A stretch of 64,000 bases of DNA from an uncultured Candidatus Entotheonella sp. (GTDB lineage: Bacteria > Tectomicrobia > Entotheonellia > Entotheonellales > Entotheonellaceae): contig CBDCDA010000001.1 in assembly GCA_965215335.1 (NCBI GenBank), forward strand, positions 416,001 to 480,000, in the 5' to 3' direction. The first letter of the stretch is position 1. Each line of letters opens with the position of its first letter. A program made the translations under genes and the position numbers. Positions 30,657-41,098 of the stretch are shown piece after piece. A model generated the notes under the pieces. The model searched no databases. It had not been told where the DNA came from and saw only the letters and a list, made by a program, of their open reading frames with translations.

Positions 30657-31802
30657 TCAGGTCGCGTTCGACAGCACCAGGGTACCGGCAGCAGAGAGCA
30701 TGCCCCCCATGCCGTTGACCAGCGACAGGCTGACGTTCGGCACCTGGCGGGCGCCGCACTCGCCGCGCAGCTGGCGGGTGGCTTCGATGATCGGGAAGAT
30801 GCCGTACATACCCGAATGGGTGTACGACAGGCCGCCACCGTTGGTGTTGATCGGCAGCGAGCCGCCCGGCGTCGAACGGCCTTCCTCGAAGAACGTGGCG
30901 CCCTCGCCGGGCTCGCACATGCCGAGGGATTCGAGCATGATCGGCGGGCCGGAGGTAAAGGCGTCGTAGAGCATCACGTGGTCGAAATCGCCCGGCTCGA
31001 CGCCCGCCATTTCAAAGGCGCGCTTGCCGGAGATGCGCGTCGCCTCGCTCAGCGGCAGGCCCTTCATCTGCGTCACCATGACGTGCTCGGTACCCTCGCC
31101 GGTGCCACGCACGTACACGGGCTTCTTGGCGCAATTCTTGGCGCGGTCGGCGCGGGTGAGCACCACGGCGCCGCCGGCGTCGGTGACCAGACAGATGTTC
31201 AGGATGTTGAACGGGTAGCAGATCGGCCGCGAGTTCAGCACCTCCTCGACGGTCAGCGGATCACGGTACATGGCCTTGGGATTCAGCCCGGCCCAGGCGC
31301 GCGTCGATACCGCCACCTGCGCCCACTGCTCCAGGGTGGTGCCGTACTCGTGCATGTGGCGCGTGGTGATGAGGCCGAAATACGTCGGCGCGCCACCGAA
31401 ACCGAAGGGCGTCTCGAACTGGCCGCTGAGGCTGGAATCGCGCCCGCGCGTCACGCCGACGCCCGACCTGCCGCTCTCGCCGTGCGAGATCACCGCCACG
31501 TCGCACAGGCCATGATGCAGCGCCAGCATGGCGTGCTCCACCATGATCATGAAGGAACAGCCGCCGACGCTGGTGCCGTCCACATAGCGAGGCGTGATGC
31601 CCAGCGCCTCGCCGAGCAGGGCGGGGGAGTGCTGCCCGGCGGTGAAGATGCCGTCCACGTCGCTCACCTGCAGGCCGGCGTCGCGCACCGCGTTGCTGAC
31701 CGCTTCCAGGTGCAGGGCCAGCTGGCTGGTATTGGGCAGCACGCCGATGGCGTCGCTCTCGTCCACACCGACAATACATACGGAATTGCTCAAGCCTTTC
31801 AT
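30657..31802 (-). CDS. SCP2/Ltp2-type thiolase-superfamily protein
   Basis: CLVTDAGGAVV, LYDAFT, NTNGGGLS.TH.G. Confidence 0.9.
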   Translation of the reverse strand: MKGLSNSVCIVGVDESDAIGVLPNTSQLALHLEAVSNAVRDAGLQVSDVDGIFTAGQHSPALLGEALGITPRYVDGTSVGGCSFMIMVEHAMLALHHGLCDVAVISHGESGRSGVGVTRGRDSSLSGQFETPFGFGGAPTYFGLITTRHMHEYGTTLEQWAQVAVSTRAWAGLNPKAMYRDPLTVEEVLNSRPICYPFNILNICLVTDAGGAVVLTRADRAKNCAKKPVYVRGTGEGTEHVMVTQMKGLPLSEATRISGKRAFEMAGVEPGDFDHVMLYDAFTSGPPIMLESLGMCEPGEGATFFEEGRSTPGGSLPINTNGGGLSYTHSGMYGIFPIIEATRQLRGECGARQVPNVSLSLVNGMGGMLSAAGTLVLSNAT

Positions 31803-31840
31803 ACGGACCTCTCTCGCTGCCGGGTTCGACCGGGGGTTAG

Positions 31841-32257
31841 CTAGCTCGCTGGCTGGAACAGGGGAAGGGTGACGTCGTCGTCCAGCTTGTGAAACACCAC
31901 TTCCACCGGCATGTCGCAACGGATGCCCTGCGGGTCGGGCTCGACGTTGACGAGGTTGGACAGCAGGCGCGGTCCCTCTTCGAGCTGCACCATGGCCAGG
32001 ACGTAGGGCAGGGGGGTCTTGACCTCGCGCACGAACGGGCGGTGGAGAATCTCAAAGGAATAAAGGGTGCCCTTGCCGCTGGCTTCGATCCAGGAGAGGT
32101 TGCGGGAGTGGGTGAACGGCGAGACGGCGCGCGGGTAGAAGAAGACCTGGCCGGTGTCGTCGCATCTGGGCAGCAGCAGCCTGCCTTCCTTCAGGCCGTC
32201 CCAGAACGGCCTGGTTTCCGGGGTTATCGGGGCTGGCAGGGGGCGTTCGAGTTCCAT
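31841..32257 (-). CDS. DUF35 Zn-ribbon/OB-fold protein
   Basis: PFWDG, FFYPR, SGKGTLYSF, LEEGPRLLSN. Confidence 0.92.
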   Translation of the reverse strand: MELERPLPAPITPETRPFWDGLKEGRLLLPRCDDTGQVFFYPRAVSPFTHSRNLSWIEASGKGTLYSFEILHRPFVREVKTPLPYVLAMVQLEEGPRLLSNLVNVEPDPQGIRCDMPVEVVFHKLDDDVTLPLFQPAS

Positions 32258-32440
32258 CGGTTTCCTTTCCGAAGCGTGGCCAGAGGCCGGTAACGGGTTG
32301 GGGTTGGCTGGGCACCACTATACGCCGATTGCGTGGCGGAATCCACGGCAGCTGCGGGTGCTATTGACTCGCCGGGCCGTTTTGGCCATGCTGACTGGCC
32401 CGGCCGTGCGCCTGGAGAAACGGCGGACCCACTGAGGAGA

Positions 32441-33640
32441 ATGGCCATGCCCCGGCGGATGAATGGTTACCTGGAACCCCTGGTGGCGGCGGAACGGTTC
32501 ATGTTCTACCAGGCGGTGTGCGACTTCGCGCATCAGGAGATCGCGCCGCACCTGCTGAGTTGGGAACGGCAACGCTGCCTGCTGCCCGAAAAGGCCCTGC
32601 GGGCGATGGCGGACCTGGGGCTGTTCGGCCTTACGGTCGGGGAACAATACGGCGGTCAGGGCGGGCGGCAAACGGAGCTGGTGCTCATGGGTCTGGCGCT
32701 GGGCTATCACAGTCACAGCGTCGCCATCACGCCGGGCGCCGCCGCCAGCCTGGGCATCAAGCCACTGCAGTTGTGTGGGCACGAGGATCAGAAACAAGCC
32801 CACCTCCCGGACCTGGCGGCGGGCCGCCGCATGTTCGTCTTCGGCCTGTCGGAGCCGGGTCGCGGCTCCGACGCCGCCAATCCGCAAGTCACTGCCACAC
32901 GCGTCCCCGGCGGCTGGCGTCTGCAGGGCGAGAAGTGTTGGTCCACCAATGCCAAATGGGCCAGCCACATCATCGTGCACGCCATGACCCGGCCACAGAA
33001 TCCGCCCGGCCACCGCTCCACCTGCTTCATCGTGTCGATGGACGATCCCGCCCTCTCGTACCATGAAATGAGCGGCAAGGAGGTGTGGCTGCAATCCTCC
33101 ACCGGCGCCATCACCCTGGACGGCGTCGAGGTGCCGGAATCGGCCATGCTGGGCGAGGAGGACGAGGGCTTCCAGGTGATGGTGACGACGCTGAACGGCG
33201 GCCGCTTGTTCATCGCGTCTCTGGCGTTGGCCTCGCTGGCGTTCGCGCTGGACGCCTGCCGCGGCTACGCGCAGGAGCGCCGGCAGTTCGCCGACCAGCC
33301 CATCGGGCGTTTCCAGCGCGTGCAGGACGTGCTGCTGGACATGGACGTCGCTCTGGAGCAGGGCCTCACCTGGCTGATGCACTGCGCGGCCCGGTACGAG
33401 GCCGGCAAGCTGAGCCGCGAATCCGCTGCCAAGGTCAAGATCGAGTGTTCGCGGCGCGCCTCCGAGCTGCTGCCGCTGGCCATGGAAATCTGTGGCGGCG
33501 TTGCCTGTCTCGACGAGTTCGGCCTCATCCGCCACCAGCGCGACCTGTTCGTGTGCCGCGTCGGCGAGGGTAGCAATTTCGCGCTCAAAACGCTGGCGGT
33601 ACGGCCGTTGATGCCCGGCATCGGGGATTTGTTGCATTAG
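32441..33640 (+). CDS. Acyl-CoA dehydrogenase
   Basis: FGLSEPGRGSDA, GEKCWSTN, LNGGR, VGEGS. Confidence 0.9.
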   Translation: MAMPRRMNGYLEPLVAAERFMFYQAVCDFAHQEIAPHLLSWERQRCLLPEKALRAMADLGLFGLTVGEQYGGQGGRQTELVLMGLALGYHSHSVAITPGAAASLGIKPLQLCGHEDQKQAHLPDLAAGRRMFVFGLSEPGRGSDAANPQVTATRVPGGWRLQGEKCWSTNAKWASHIIVHAMTRPQNPPGHRSTCFIVSMDDPALSYHEMSGKEVWLQSSTGAITLDGVEVPESAMLGEEDEGFQVMVTTLNGGRLFIASLALASLAFALDACRGYAQERRQFADQPIGRFQRVQDVLLDMDVALEQGLTWLMHCAARYEAGKLSRESAAKVKIECSRRASELLPLAMEICGGVACLDEFGLIRHQRDLFVCRVGEGSNFALKTLAVRPLMPGIGDLLH

Positions 33641-33773
33641 GTTTATTGAGATTCGTTGTGAATTGCTGATGGCAGCGCCGGCGTGGAATGGCAGCGAAGC
33701 TGCTATCGGTCCTAGAAGCACGCATGGCAAGCATGAGTCAAACTCTAATCCAGTCAGATTAGGATCGCCCGAT

Positions 33774-35498
33774 ATGGATACGAATCTACGGTACCCCCAG
33801 GAGTTGTTCGCTCAGCCGATTCGTTACGAAATCCCCGACTTCCAGCGCCGCTACGTGTGGAAGCAGGAAGAGCAGTGGGAACCCCTATGGGACGATGTGG
33901 CAGAACTAGCCCAGTCGATCATAGAGGACGGTCGAACCAGACCTCACTTCATGGGTGCGGTCGTTCTAACCACGGTTCCCCACAGGGACTATCGGGCGCC
34001 GAATCGTGGTGGATGGCCAACAGCGGTTGACCACCCTTCAGCTACTCATTGATGCGATACAGGAGATTCTTGAGGATCGAGGGCACCCCGACCCGGCGGG
34101 GCGTCTCTCGACCCTCGTCGTCAACCCTAACGCTTTCTTCGGTGGAGACCCGGACAATGCCTTCAAGGTATGGCCCTCGGCTGTGGACAGATCGGCTTTC
34201 CGACATGCAATGAGCAATGGTTTGTCCGGAAGCGACTACGCAAAGTCTCAGATAGTCCAGGCCCACGCCTACTTCAAGGGTCAGGCGGGGCAATGGCTTG
34301 ACAAGTTCGCCGAGGAAACTAGAGAACGCGACAAGGCTGCTGCTTCGGCGCTGGAAGAAGCTGTGCGCATGAACTTGGAGCTCGTGGTCATCGATCTCGG
34401 CGATTCCGACGATCCACACGTCATATTCGAGACGCTAAACGCTCGGGGCACTCCACTCCTCCAATCAGACATGGTCAAGAACAAAATTCTACATGACGCA
34501 GAGATTGGGGTAAGCGATGACAACACCGGGCGGTCGCCCGAGGAAAGGCGGCTTTGGGGGTTCGACGAAGACGACTGGTGGGCACAGGAAGTCGGGCGGG
34601 GGCTACAAAGACGACCGCGTGGCGATGTGTTTCTCAACCACTGGCTGACGCTCCGCATAGAGGAGGTCGCTAGGGACATTGGCGACCTCGGGCGCATTTA
34701 TCGTGAAGTAGAAGAAGTGCGGCGAAGGGATATCGCGCCTTTCCTGGAGAGACGCAACGCGATGAACGTAGGCGTAGTTACACCACTCCTGCTCTGGCTG
34801 CTGTCCTCTAAGGTGTCGCAGGTCACGCTGGTCAATTGTCTGAGGGCACTTGAGAGCTTCTTGGTCCGGCGCGTCGTGTGTGGATACAGTGCGAGGGGCT
34901 ATGGCGAGCTATTCGTGGCGCTGCTCGCGAGGTTAGCCGGGACTCCGATAGACAATGCAGACAGAGTCGTCGTCTCCTACCTGGGGGAACGGACCGCCCA
35001 AGCCGGTCTGTGGCCCGACGATCAAGAACTCCGAGGAAGGTTCGTAACCGCACCACTCTACCAATGGCTAACGCGAGGACGAGTCAGAATGGTGCTGATG
35101 GGAATCGAAGAGCAACTGCGCACCAACAAGGCCGAAACTCAGGAAGTACCCGACGATCTGCACATCGAACACGTCATGCCTCAAGCATGGCACACAGTTG
35201 GCCCCTCCCGGACGGGACAGAGGACGACGGCGAAGCCGCTATCAACCGTGAACGGGCGATCCACACGATCGCCAACCTCACGCTTGTGAACGGGCGTCTG
35301 AACTCGTCTTTGTCGAATGCTCCATGGGACAGGAAGCGGAAAACACTGGCCGACCACAGCGTGCTGTTCCTGAACAAGGAACTCGTCAACGAGGGACCGG
35401 ATATCTGGGATGAGCACGCCATAGAAGTACGTGCAGAGTGGCTTCACGAGAAGGCCGTCAAGATTTGGCCGCACGCGAACGATTTCGACATGGCGTGA
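33774..35498 (+). pseudogene. GmrSD-like (DUF262 + DUF1524 HNH) nuclease, frameshifted twice (~33970 and ~35200)
   Basis: IPDFQRRYVW, VVDGQQRLTT, IFETLNARG, IEHVMPQ and HTIANLTL..LNSSLSN are spread over three frames. Confidence 0.85.
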
Positions 35499-35648
35499 CC
35501 AGGAAACGTAAGACAGCTCGGAGTTCAAGGGGACGGCGGGACGTGTTGCCTGTGTTTATCCCGCGATTATGGGAGCTTGAATTTATAGCGGTTTGCTTTT
35601 GTATGCCTGGCTTATCATGTCGTGAGCCTGAAGCATGAAAATGGGAGC

Positions 35649-35725
35649 GTCACCCCGGCGAAAGTCGGGGTCCAGGGGTTTTCGGACGCCAAAGGTCACT
35701 GGATTCCGGCATGCGCCGGAATGAC
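35649..35725. repeat. REP/RPE-like inverted doublet GTCACCCCGGCGAAAGTCGGGGTCCAG...CTGGATTCCGGCATGCGCCGGAATGAC
   Basis: Two inverted hairpin units of the GTCATTCCCGCGAAAGCGGGAATCCAG type. Confidence 0.7.
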
Positions 35726-35973
35726 AGCTTTGGGGGCGCTGGCCCATCACGCCAACGGCTGTTCTTACGGTAAGACATCGGATGCTCAGGGCTGGTTTTG
35801 CCCATTGCGACTATCCCATATGGTCATACGAAAACCGCTCTTAAGAGAATATCGGGGAAGACTGAATCTCAACTCTTCCTCATACCAGTCCACTCCCTCA
35901 AGGGCGAGGGAGCAGCGAAGTGTGAGCCGCCAGACTATCTTCGGATCAGCCTGATGCACCAAGCGGGGGCCTC

Positions 35974-37062
35974 ATGACGACGCGTGTCCACAACTTCAAT
36001 GCCGGGCCGGCGGCGCTGCCGCTGCCCGTCTTGCAGCAGGTGCAGACAGACCTGCTCGATTTCGGCGGCACCGGCATGTCCATCCTGGAAACCAGCCACC
36101 GCGGTCCGGTGTACGACGAGATCCACCGGCAGGCCATCGCCGACCTGCGGGAGTTGTTCGGCGGCAGCGACGACCACGCCATCCTGTTCATGGGCGGCGG
36201 CGCGCAGACGCAGTTCGCCCTGATACCGATGAACCTGCTGCCCCAGGGCCGGTATGCTGCCTACCTGGAGACCGGCGTCTGGGGCGAGGCGGCCCGAGAG
36301 GAGGCCAACAAGGTCGGCGACGCCCGCACCCTGTGGTCCAGCGCCGCCAGCGGTCATGACCGTGTCCCCGGGCCTGACGACTACCAAGTGCCCCCGGACG
36401 CCGCCTATCTGCATTACACCAGCAACAACTCGATCATGGGCACGCAGTACGCCGCCGTGCCCGAAACGGGCGACGTGCCGCTGGTCTGTGACATGTCGTC
36501 GGACATCCTGAGCTATCCCGTCGACCTGAAGCGGTTCGGACTTGTCTACGGCGGTGCCCAGAAGAATATGGGGACGGCCGGCGTCACCCTGGTGGTCATC
36601 CGGCGCGACCTGCTGGCGTGCTGCCGCCCCGACCTGCCGACGATGCTGAGCTATCCCGGCATGGCCGCCACCAACTCGCTGCAGAACACGCCACCGGTGT
36701 TCGCCATCTACATCGTCGGCCTGGTCGCCCGGCACCTGCTGGAGCAGGGCGGCATGGTGGCGGTGGCGACCCGCAACGATAAAAAGGCCACGCTCCTGTA
36801 CGGCGCCATCGACGATTCCGGCGGCTTTTACCGCGGCCACGCGCAGCCGGGCAGCCGCTCGCGCATGAACGTCACGTTCCACTTGCCGAGCGAGAACTCG
36901 ACGGCCCTGTTCATCAAGGAGGCTTTCGGGGAAGGGCTGCAGGGTCTGAAAGGGCATCAGGCCCTGGGCGGCATTCGCGTTTCCCTGTACAATGCCGTGA
37001 CCGTCGAGGCCGTACGCGCCCTGGCGGACTTCATGGCGGCGTTCCGCAAGCGGCATGGCTGA
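35974..37062 (+). CDS. serC: Phosphoserine aminotransferase
   Basis: NFNAGPAALP, SHR, DMSSDI, GAQKN, NTPP, GGIRVSLYNA. Confidence 0.97.
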   Translation: MTTRVHNFNAGPAALPLPVLQQVQTDLLDFGGTGMSILETSHRGPVYDEIHRQAIADLRELFGGSDDHAILFMGGGAQTQFALIPMNLLPQGRYAAYLETGVWGEAAREEANKVGDARTLWSSAASGHDRVPGPDDYQVPPDAAYLHYTSNNSIMGTQYAAVPETGDVPLVCDMSSDILSYPVDLKRFGLVYGGAQKNMGTAGVTLVVIRRDLLACCRPDLPTMLSYPGMAATNSLQNTPPVFAIYIVGLVARHLLEQGGMVAVATRNDKKATLLYGAIDDSGGFYRGHAQPGSRSRMNVTFHLPSENSTALFIKEAFGEGLQGLKGHQALGGIRVSLYNAVTVEAVRALADFMAAFRKRHG

Positions 37063-37083
37063 GTGGCGATGGGAAGAGGGGAC

Positions 37084-38025
37084 GTGAAGGCGCGGTACCT
37101 GTCGTTCAAACCGTTCCTGCCGTGGTGGAACGTCGAGCGGCCCATCGACTGGCCGGGGCAGTTCGGCTCGCAGGCTTCCCTGGAAGTGGAAATCGGCTTT
37201 GGCAACGGCGAATTTCTGGTGCGCCGGGCGCACCAGCAACCGGAGCGGCACTTCATCGGTATCGAGCGCGAGTGGGCGTCGGTGCAGCGCGCCCTGCGGC
37301 GCGTGGCGCAGGCGCAGGCCGCCAACGTCCGCCTGCTGCTGGTCGATGCCCACCTGGCGCTGCAGCGTCTCTTCGAGCCGCTCGCCTTGCAGCGTGTCTA
37401 CAGCCTGTTCCCGTGCCCGTGGCCGAAGGCGCGCCACGCCAAGCATCGCCTGTTCTCGCACGCCTTCCTCACGCTTCTCAACAGCCGCCTGCAGCCGCAT
37501 GGCGAGGTGTACGTCGTCACCGACCACGAGCCCTACCTGCGATGGGTTCTGGAGCAGGTTCCCGGCAGCGGCTTCGAGGCGGATTGGCGAGTCACCGCGC
37601 CGCATTTTCGCACCAGATATGAACGCAAGTGGGTGGCCAGTGGACAGCAGGAATTTCATGATCTGCGGCTGCACAAGGTCGCGCACCACGATGTGCCGCT
37701 GACGGAGGAGACCGACGTGCAGGCTCGCCGTGTGGACCCGTTCGATCCCCGGCAGTTGCAACTGCCCCGTGCCGGCAAGGTTCGTCACGCCCACCCGCCG
37801 GTCACCGTCCGCTACCGGGAGTTTCTCTACGACCCGGAACGCCGCAAGGCCATGGTCGCGGTACTCGTTGCCGAGGCGGACCTGACGCAGAATTTCTGGA
37901 TCGAGATCGCCTGCCGCGGCGATCATTGGACCATTCGTCCCGCCCACGGCTGCGGCTTCGTGCCCACCGCCGGCGTGCAGCACGCCGTCGATCTGATCTG
38001 GGAAGCGGTCGCCGGTCAGGCATGA
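37084..38025 (+). CDS. trmB: tRNA (guanine-N7) methyltransferase with C-terminal extension
   Basis: VEIGFGNGEFL, FPCPWPKARHAKHRL, VTD, TRYERKW. Confidence 0.9.
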   Translation: MKARYLSFKPFLPWWNVERPIDWPGQFGSQASLEVEIGFGNGEFLVRRAHQQPERHFIGIEREWASVQRALRRVAQAQAANVRLLLVDAHLALQRLFEPLALQRVYSLFPCPWPKARHAKHRLFSHAFLTLLNSRLQPHGEVYVVTDHEPYLRWVLEQVPGSGFEADWRVTAPHFRTRYERKWVASGQQEFHDLRLHKVAHHDVPLTEETDVQARRVDPFDPRQLQLPRAGKVRHAHPPVTVRYREFLYDPERRKAMVAVLVAEADLTQNFWIEIACRGDHWTIRPAHGCGFVPTAGVQHAVDLIWEAVAGQA

Positions 38026-38036
38026 AGGAGACGCCC

Positions 38037-39101
38037 ATGCAGCCCAATCAATCCTCCGGTACGCGCACCGACTTGCGGGACGGTTTTTCGGACCAACTGC
38101 ACCCGACCGTTCCCCTCGACCTGGCAGGCATCGAGAGCTTTTCGGACCTCGTCGCGGCCATGAGCCGGACGGCCTTTGGCGGGCGCAATCTCGGCGAGGC
38201 CGCCGACGTGTTGCATGACATGGTCGTCGACCCGGACTGCTTCGTGGTGGGCACCTTCTCCGGCGCCATGACCATCGCCAAGATGGGCCTGGTGCTTTCC
38301 GACATGATCGAGTACCGCATGCTCGACGCCGTGGTGTCCACCGGCGCCCTGATGGCGCACGGGTTCGTCGAAGCCGCCGGGCGCACGCATTTCAAATACG
38401 ACCCCGCCATGGACGACCGCGAACTGTATTACCGCGGCTACAACCGCGTCTACGACACCCTCGAGCTAGAAAAGAACCTCGACGACATATTTCACCTTCT
38501 GGTGCACGTGCTGGAATCCGTCGATCCGGCCCACACCCTGAGCAGCCACGAGATCAACCGCCTGCTCGGCGTCTATCTGTTGGAGCAGGGGGCGGGCCGC
38601 GGCATTCTGCAAAGCGCCTGCAAGCACCAGGTGCCGGTCTACGTGCCGGCCTTCACCGATTCCGAGCTGGGGTTGGACTTCGCGTTCTACAACCGCCAGC
38701 GGCGCGTTACCGGCAAGCCGGCCTTCACCTTCGACCCGTTTCTGGACCTGGACGACTACGCCGACCGCCTGCGTCCCCGTGAGACGCTGGGCATTTTCAC
38801 CATCGGCGGCGGCGTACCCCGCAATTGGGCACAGCAGGTCGGCCCGTATCTGGACTACATCCAGAAACGTATCGGCCACGGCGGCGCCTTCCGGCGTTTC
38901 AAGTACGGCGTGCGCATCTGTCCCGAGCCGGTGCACTGGGGCGGCTTGTCGGGCTGCACCTACGCCGAGGGCATCTCGTGGGGCAAGTTCGTACCGTCCA
39001 ACGAGGGGGGGCGATTCGCCGAAGTGGCGTGCGACGCCACCATCGCCTGGCCGCTGCTCATCAAGAGCGTGCAGGAGCGCCTGGCGGCGCGAGAGACGTG
39101 A
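38037..39101 (+). CDS. Deoxyhypusine synthase-like protein (probable homospermidine synthase)
   Basis: VSTGALMAH, YNRVYD, PAFTDSELG, GGGVPRNW, SGCTYAEGISWGK, DATIAWP. Confidence 0.9.
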   Translation: MQPNQSSGTRTDLRDGFSDQLHPTVPLDLAGIESFSDLVAAMSRTAFGGRNLGEAADVLHDMVVDPDCFVVGTFSGAMTIAKMGLVLSDMIEYRMLDAVVSTGALMAHGFVEAAGRTHFKYDPAMDDRELYYRGYNRVYDTLELEKNLDDIFHLLVHVLESVDPAHTLSSHEINRLLGVYLLEQGAGRGILQSACKHQVPVYVPAFTDSELGLDFAFYNRQRRVTGKPAFTFDPFLDLDDYADRLRPRETLGIFTIGGGVPRNWAQQVGPYLDYIQKRIGHGGAFRRFKYGVRICPEPVHWGGLSGCTYAEGISWGKFVPSNEGGRFAEVACDATIAWPLLIKSVQERLAARET

Positions 39102-40114
39102 CGGCCGTTTTACGTCCCCGCGTGTCCATCCTGCTGCCGGTCTGGAACGCCGTGCAAACCCTGCCGGCGTGCCTGGACAGCCTGCAACGCCAGAGCGAGG
39201 AACGCTGGCACTGCATGATCGTCGATGACGGCTCCCAGGACGACACCTTGGCGTGCGTCCGTGACGTTGCCGCCCGGGACCCGCGCTTTGAAATCATCAG
39301 CACGCCCCATCGCGGCATCGTTGCCGCCCTGAACACCGGGCTGCAGCGGTGCCGCGCCCCCCTCATTGCCCGCATGGACGCCGACGACCTGATGCACCGC
39401 CACCGCCTGGCGGCGCAGGCCCAGGCGCTGCGGGACGATCCCCGGCTTGCTGCCGTCGGCTGCCACGTTCGCCTGTTTCCACGCCCCCATCTGCGTCCCG
39501 GTCGGCGCGCCTACGAGCGCTGGTTGAACAGCCTGGACTCGCCGGAGCGCATACGGCAGGACGCCTTTGTCGAGTGTCCGGTGGCGCACCCGACGCTGAT
39601 GGTACGCCGCGCCCTGTTGATGGACCTCGGCTACCGTGACTGCGGCTGGCCGGAGGATTACGATCTGCTGTTGCGCGCCCTGACGCGTGGTTGGCGAATA
39701 GGTATGGTGCCGTGGCGGCTGTTGAGCTGGCGCGACGCCCCGCAACGCTTGTCCCGTACCCATCCGGCCTACAATCTGGACCGCTTCACGGCCTGCAAGG
39801 CCGCCTTCCTCGCCGGTCACTTTCTGGCGTCAGTGGATACCTATGTGCTATGGGGCTACGGTAGCACCGGCAAGGCGCTGCGCCGTGCCCTGCTACGGCA
39901 CGGCAAGACGCCCTCGCACATCGTCGAACTGCATCCCGGACGACTGGGCAGGCGGATTCACGGCGCCCCGGTCGTCCCGCCGCAAGCCCTGCCGGGCCTG
40001 CCGCGGCGTCCGCTAATCGCCTCGGTGGCCGGCGAGCAGGCGAGGGGCGAGATTCGGGACACCCTCGGAGGCATGGGATTTGTCGAGAGCCGGGATTTCG
40101 TCTGTGCGGCCTGA
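39098..40114 (+). CDS. Glycosyltransferase family 2
   Basis: VSILLPVWN, VDDGSQD, ARMDADD, EDYDL. Confidence 0.9.
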   Translation: MTAVLRPRVSILLPVWNAVQTLPACLDSLQRQSEERWHCMIVDDGSQDDTLACVRDVAARDPRFEIISTPHRGIVAALNTGLQRCRAPLIARMDADDLMHRHRLAAQAQALRDDPRLAAVGCHVRLFPRPHLRPGRRAYERWLNSLDSPERIRQDAFVECPVAHPTLMVRRALLMDLGYRDCGWPEDYDLLLRALTRGWRIGMVPWRLLSWRDAPQRLSRTHPAYNLDRFTACKAAFLAGHFLASVDTYVLWGYGSTGKALRRALLRHGKTPSHIVELHPGRLGRRIHGAPVVPPQALPGLPRRPLIASVAGEQARGEIRDTLGGMGFVESRDFVCAA

Positions 40115-40237
40115 CCTCGCCTTTGAACCCGGAGCAGCCGTCGCCGATTCCCGCTACAGAAGCCTCGGGCGGCGTGCTACGATAGGATCGTTGGCACCAG
40201 CAAGAAACTCTGGCCTCGTCTCTTACCCGGATTCGGC

Positions 40238-41098
40238 ATGAATATCCTGATCGCAGGTTGCGGCTACGTCGGCACCGCCCTGGGAACGTGTCTGGCTGCC
40301 GACGGGCATGACGTGTGGGGCTTGCGGCGGCGTCCCGGAGGGCTGCCGGATACCGTGCGGCCGCTGGCCGCGGACCTGTCGGACGCCGCCACGCTGCGGG
40401 GGCTGCCGCCGGGTCTGGACGTCGTGTACTACACCGCCGGGGCGGCGAACGGCTCGGAGGCAGCCTACCGAGCGGCATACGTCGACGGCCCGAGCCATTT
40501 GCTGGAGGCGTTGCAACAACAGGGTCAGCGGCCGCGCCGGGTGGTGTTCACCTCCAGCACCGGGGTTTACGCGCAGGGCCGTGGCGAGTGGGTCGACGAA
40601 GACTCCCCGGCCGAACCGCAGCATGCCGGCGGGCGGCAGCTGCTGGCGGGCGAGCTCCTCTTTCTGGAAAGCGCCTTTCCCGCCACCGTGTTGCGTCTGG
40701 CCGGCATCTACGGGCCGGGGCGTACCCGCCTGATCGACAGCCTGAGGCAGCGCATCGCGACGTATCAGGACAGCCCGCCGGTCTATCTCAATCTCATTCA
40801 CCGCGCCGACTGCGTCGGCGCGTTGCGTCATCTGACGACCCTGGCCCGCCCGGCGTCGCTGTACATCGGGGTCGATTACCAGCCCGTCGAGCGCGGCACC
40901 CTGCTGCGCTGGCTTTCCGGCATGCTGGACACCCCGCCGCCGCGCCTGGTGACGGCTGCGGCGAACCGCCGCAGCAACAAGCGCTGCCGCAACGCCCGTC
41001 TGGTGGCCTCCGGTTACTCGTTCCTGCATCCCACCTTTCAACACGGCTACAGCGCCATCATCGACGCGCCAAGCAAGGAGAAAAAGCCCTATGTCTAA
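40238..41098 (+). CDS. NAD-dependent epimerase/dehydratase (YeeZ-like atypical SDR)
   Basis: GCGYVG, SSTGVY, LRLAGIYGPGR, NLIH. Confidence 0.88.
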   Translation: MNILIAGCGYVGTALGTCLAADGHDVWGLRRRPGGLPDTVRPLAADLSDAATLRGLPPGLDVVYYTAGAANGSEAAYRAAYVDGPSHLLEALQQQGQRPRRVVFTSSTGVYAQGRGEWVDEDSPAEPQHAGGRQLLAGELLFLESAFPATVLRLAGIYGPGRTRLIDSLRQRIATYQDSPPVYLNLIHRADCVGALRHLTTLARPASLYIGVDYQPVERGTLLRWLSGMLDTPPPRLVTAAANRRSNKRCRNARLVASGYSFLHPTFQHGYSAIIDAPSKEKKPYV

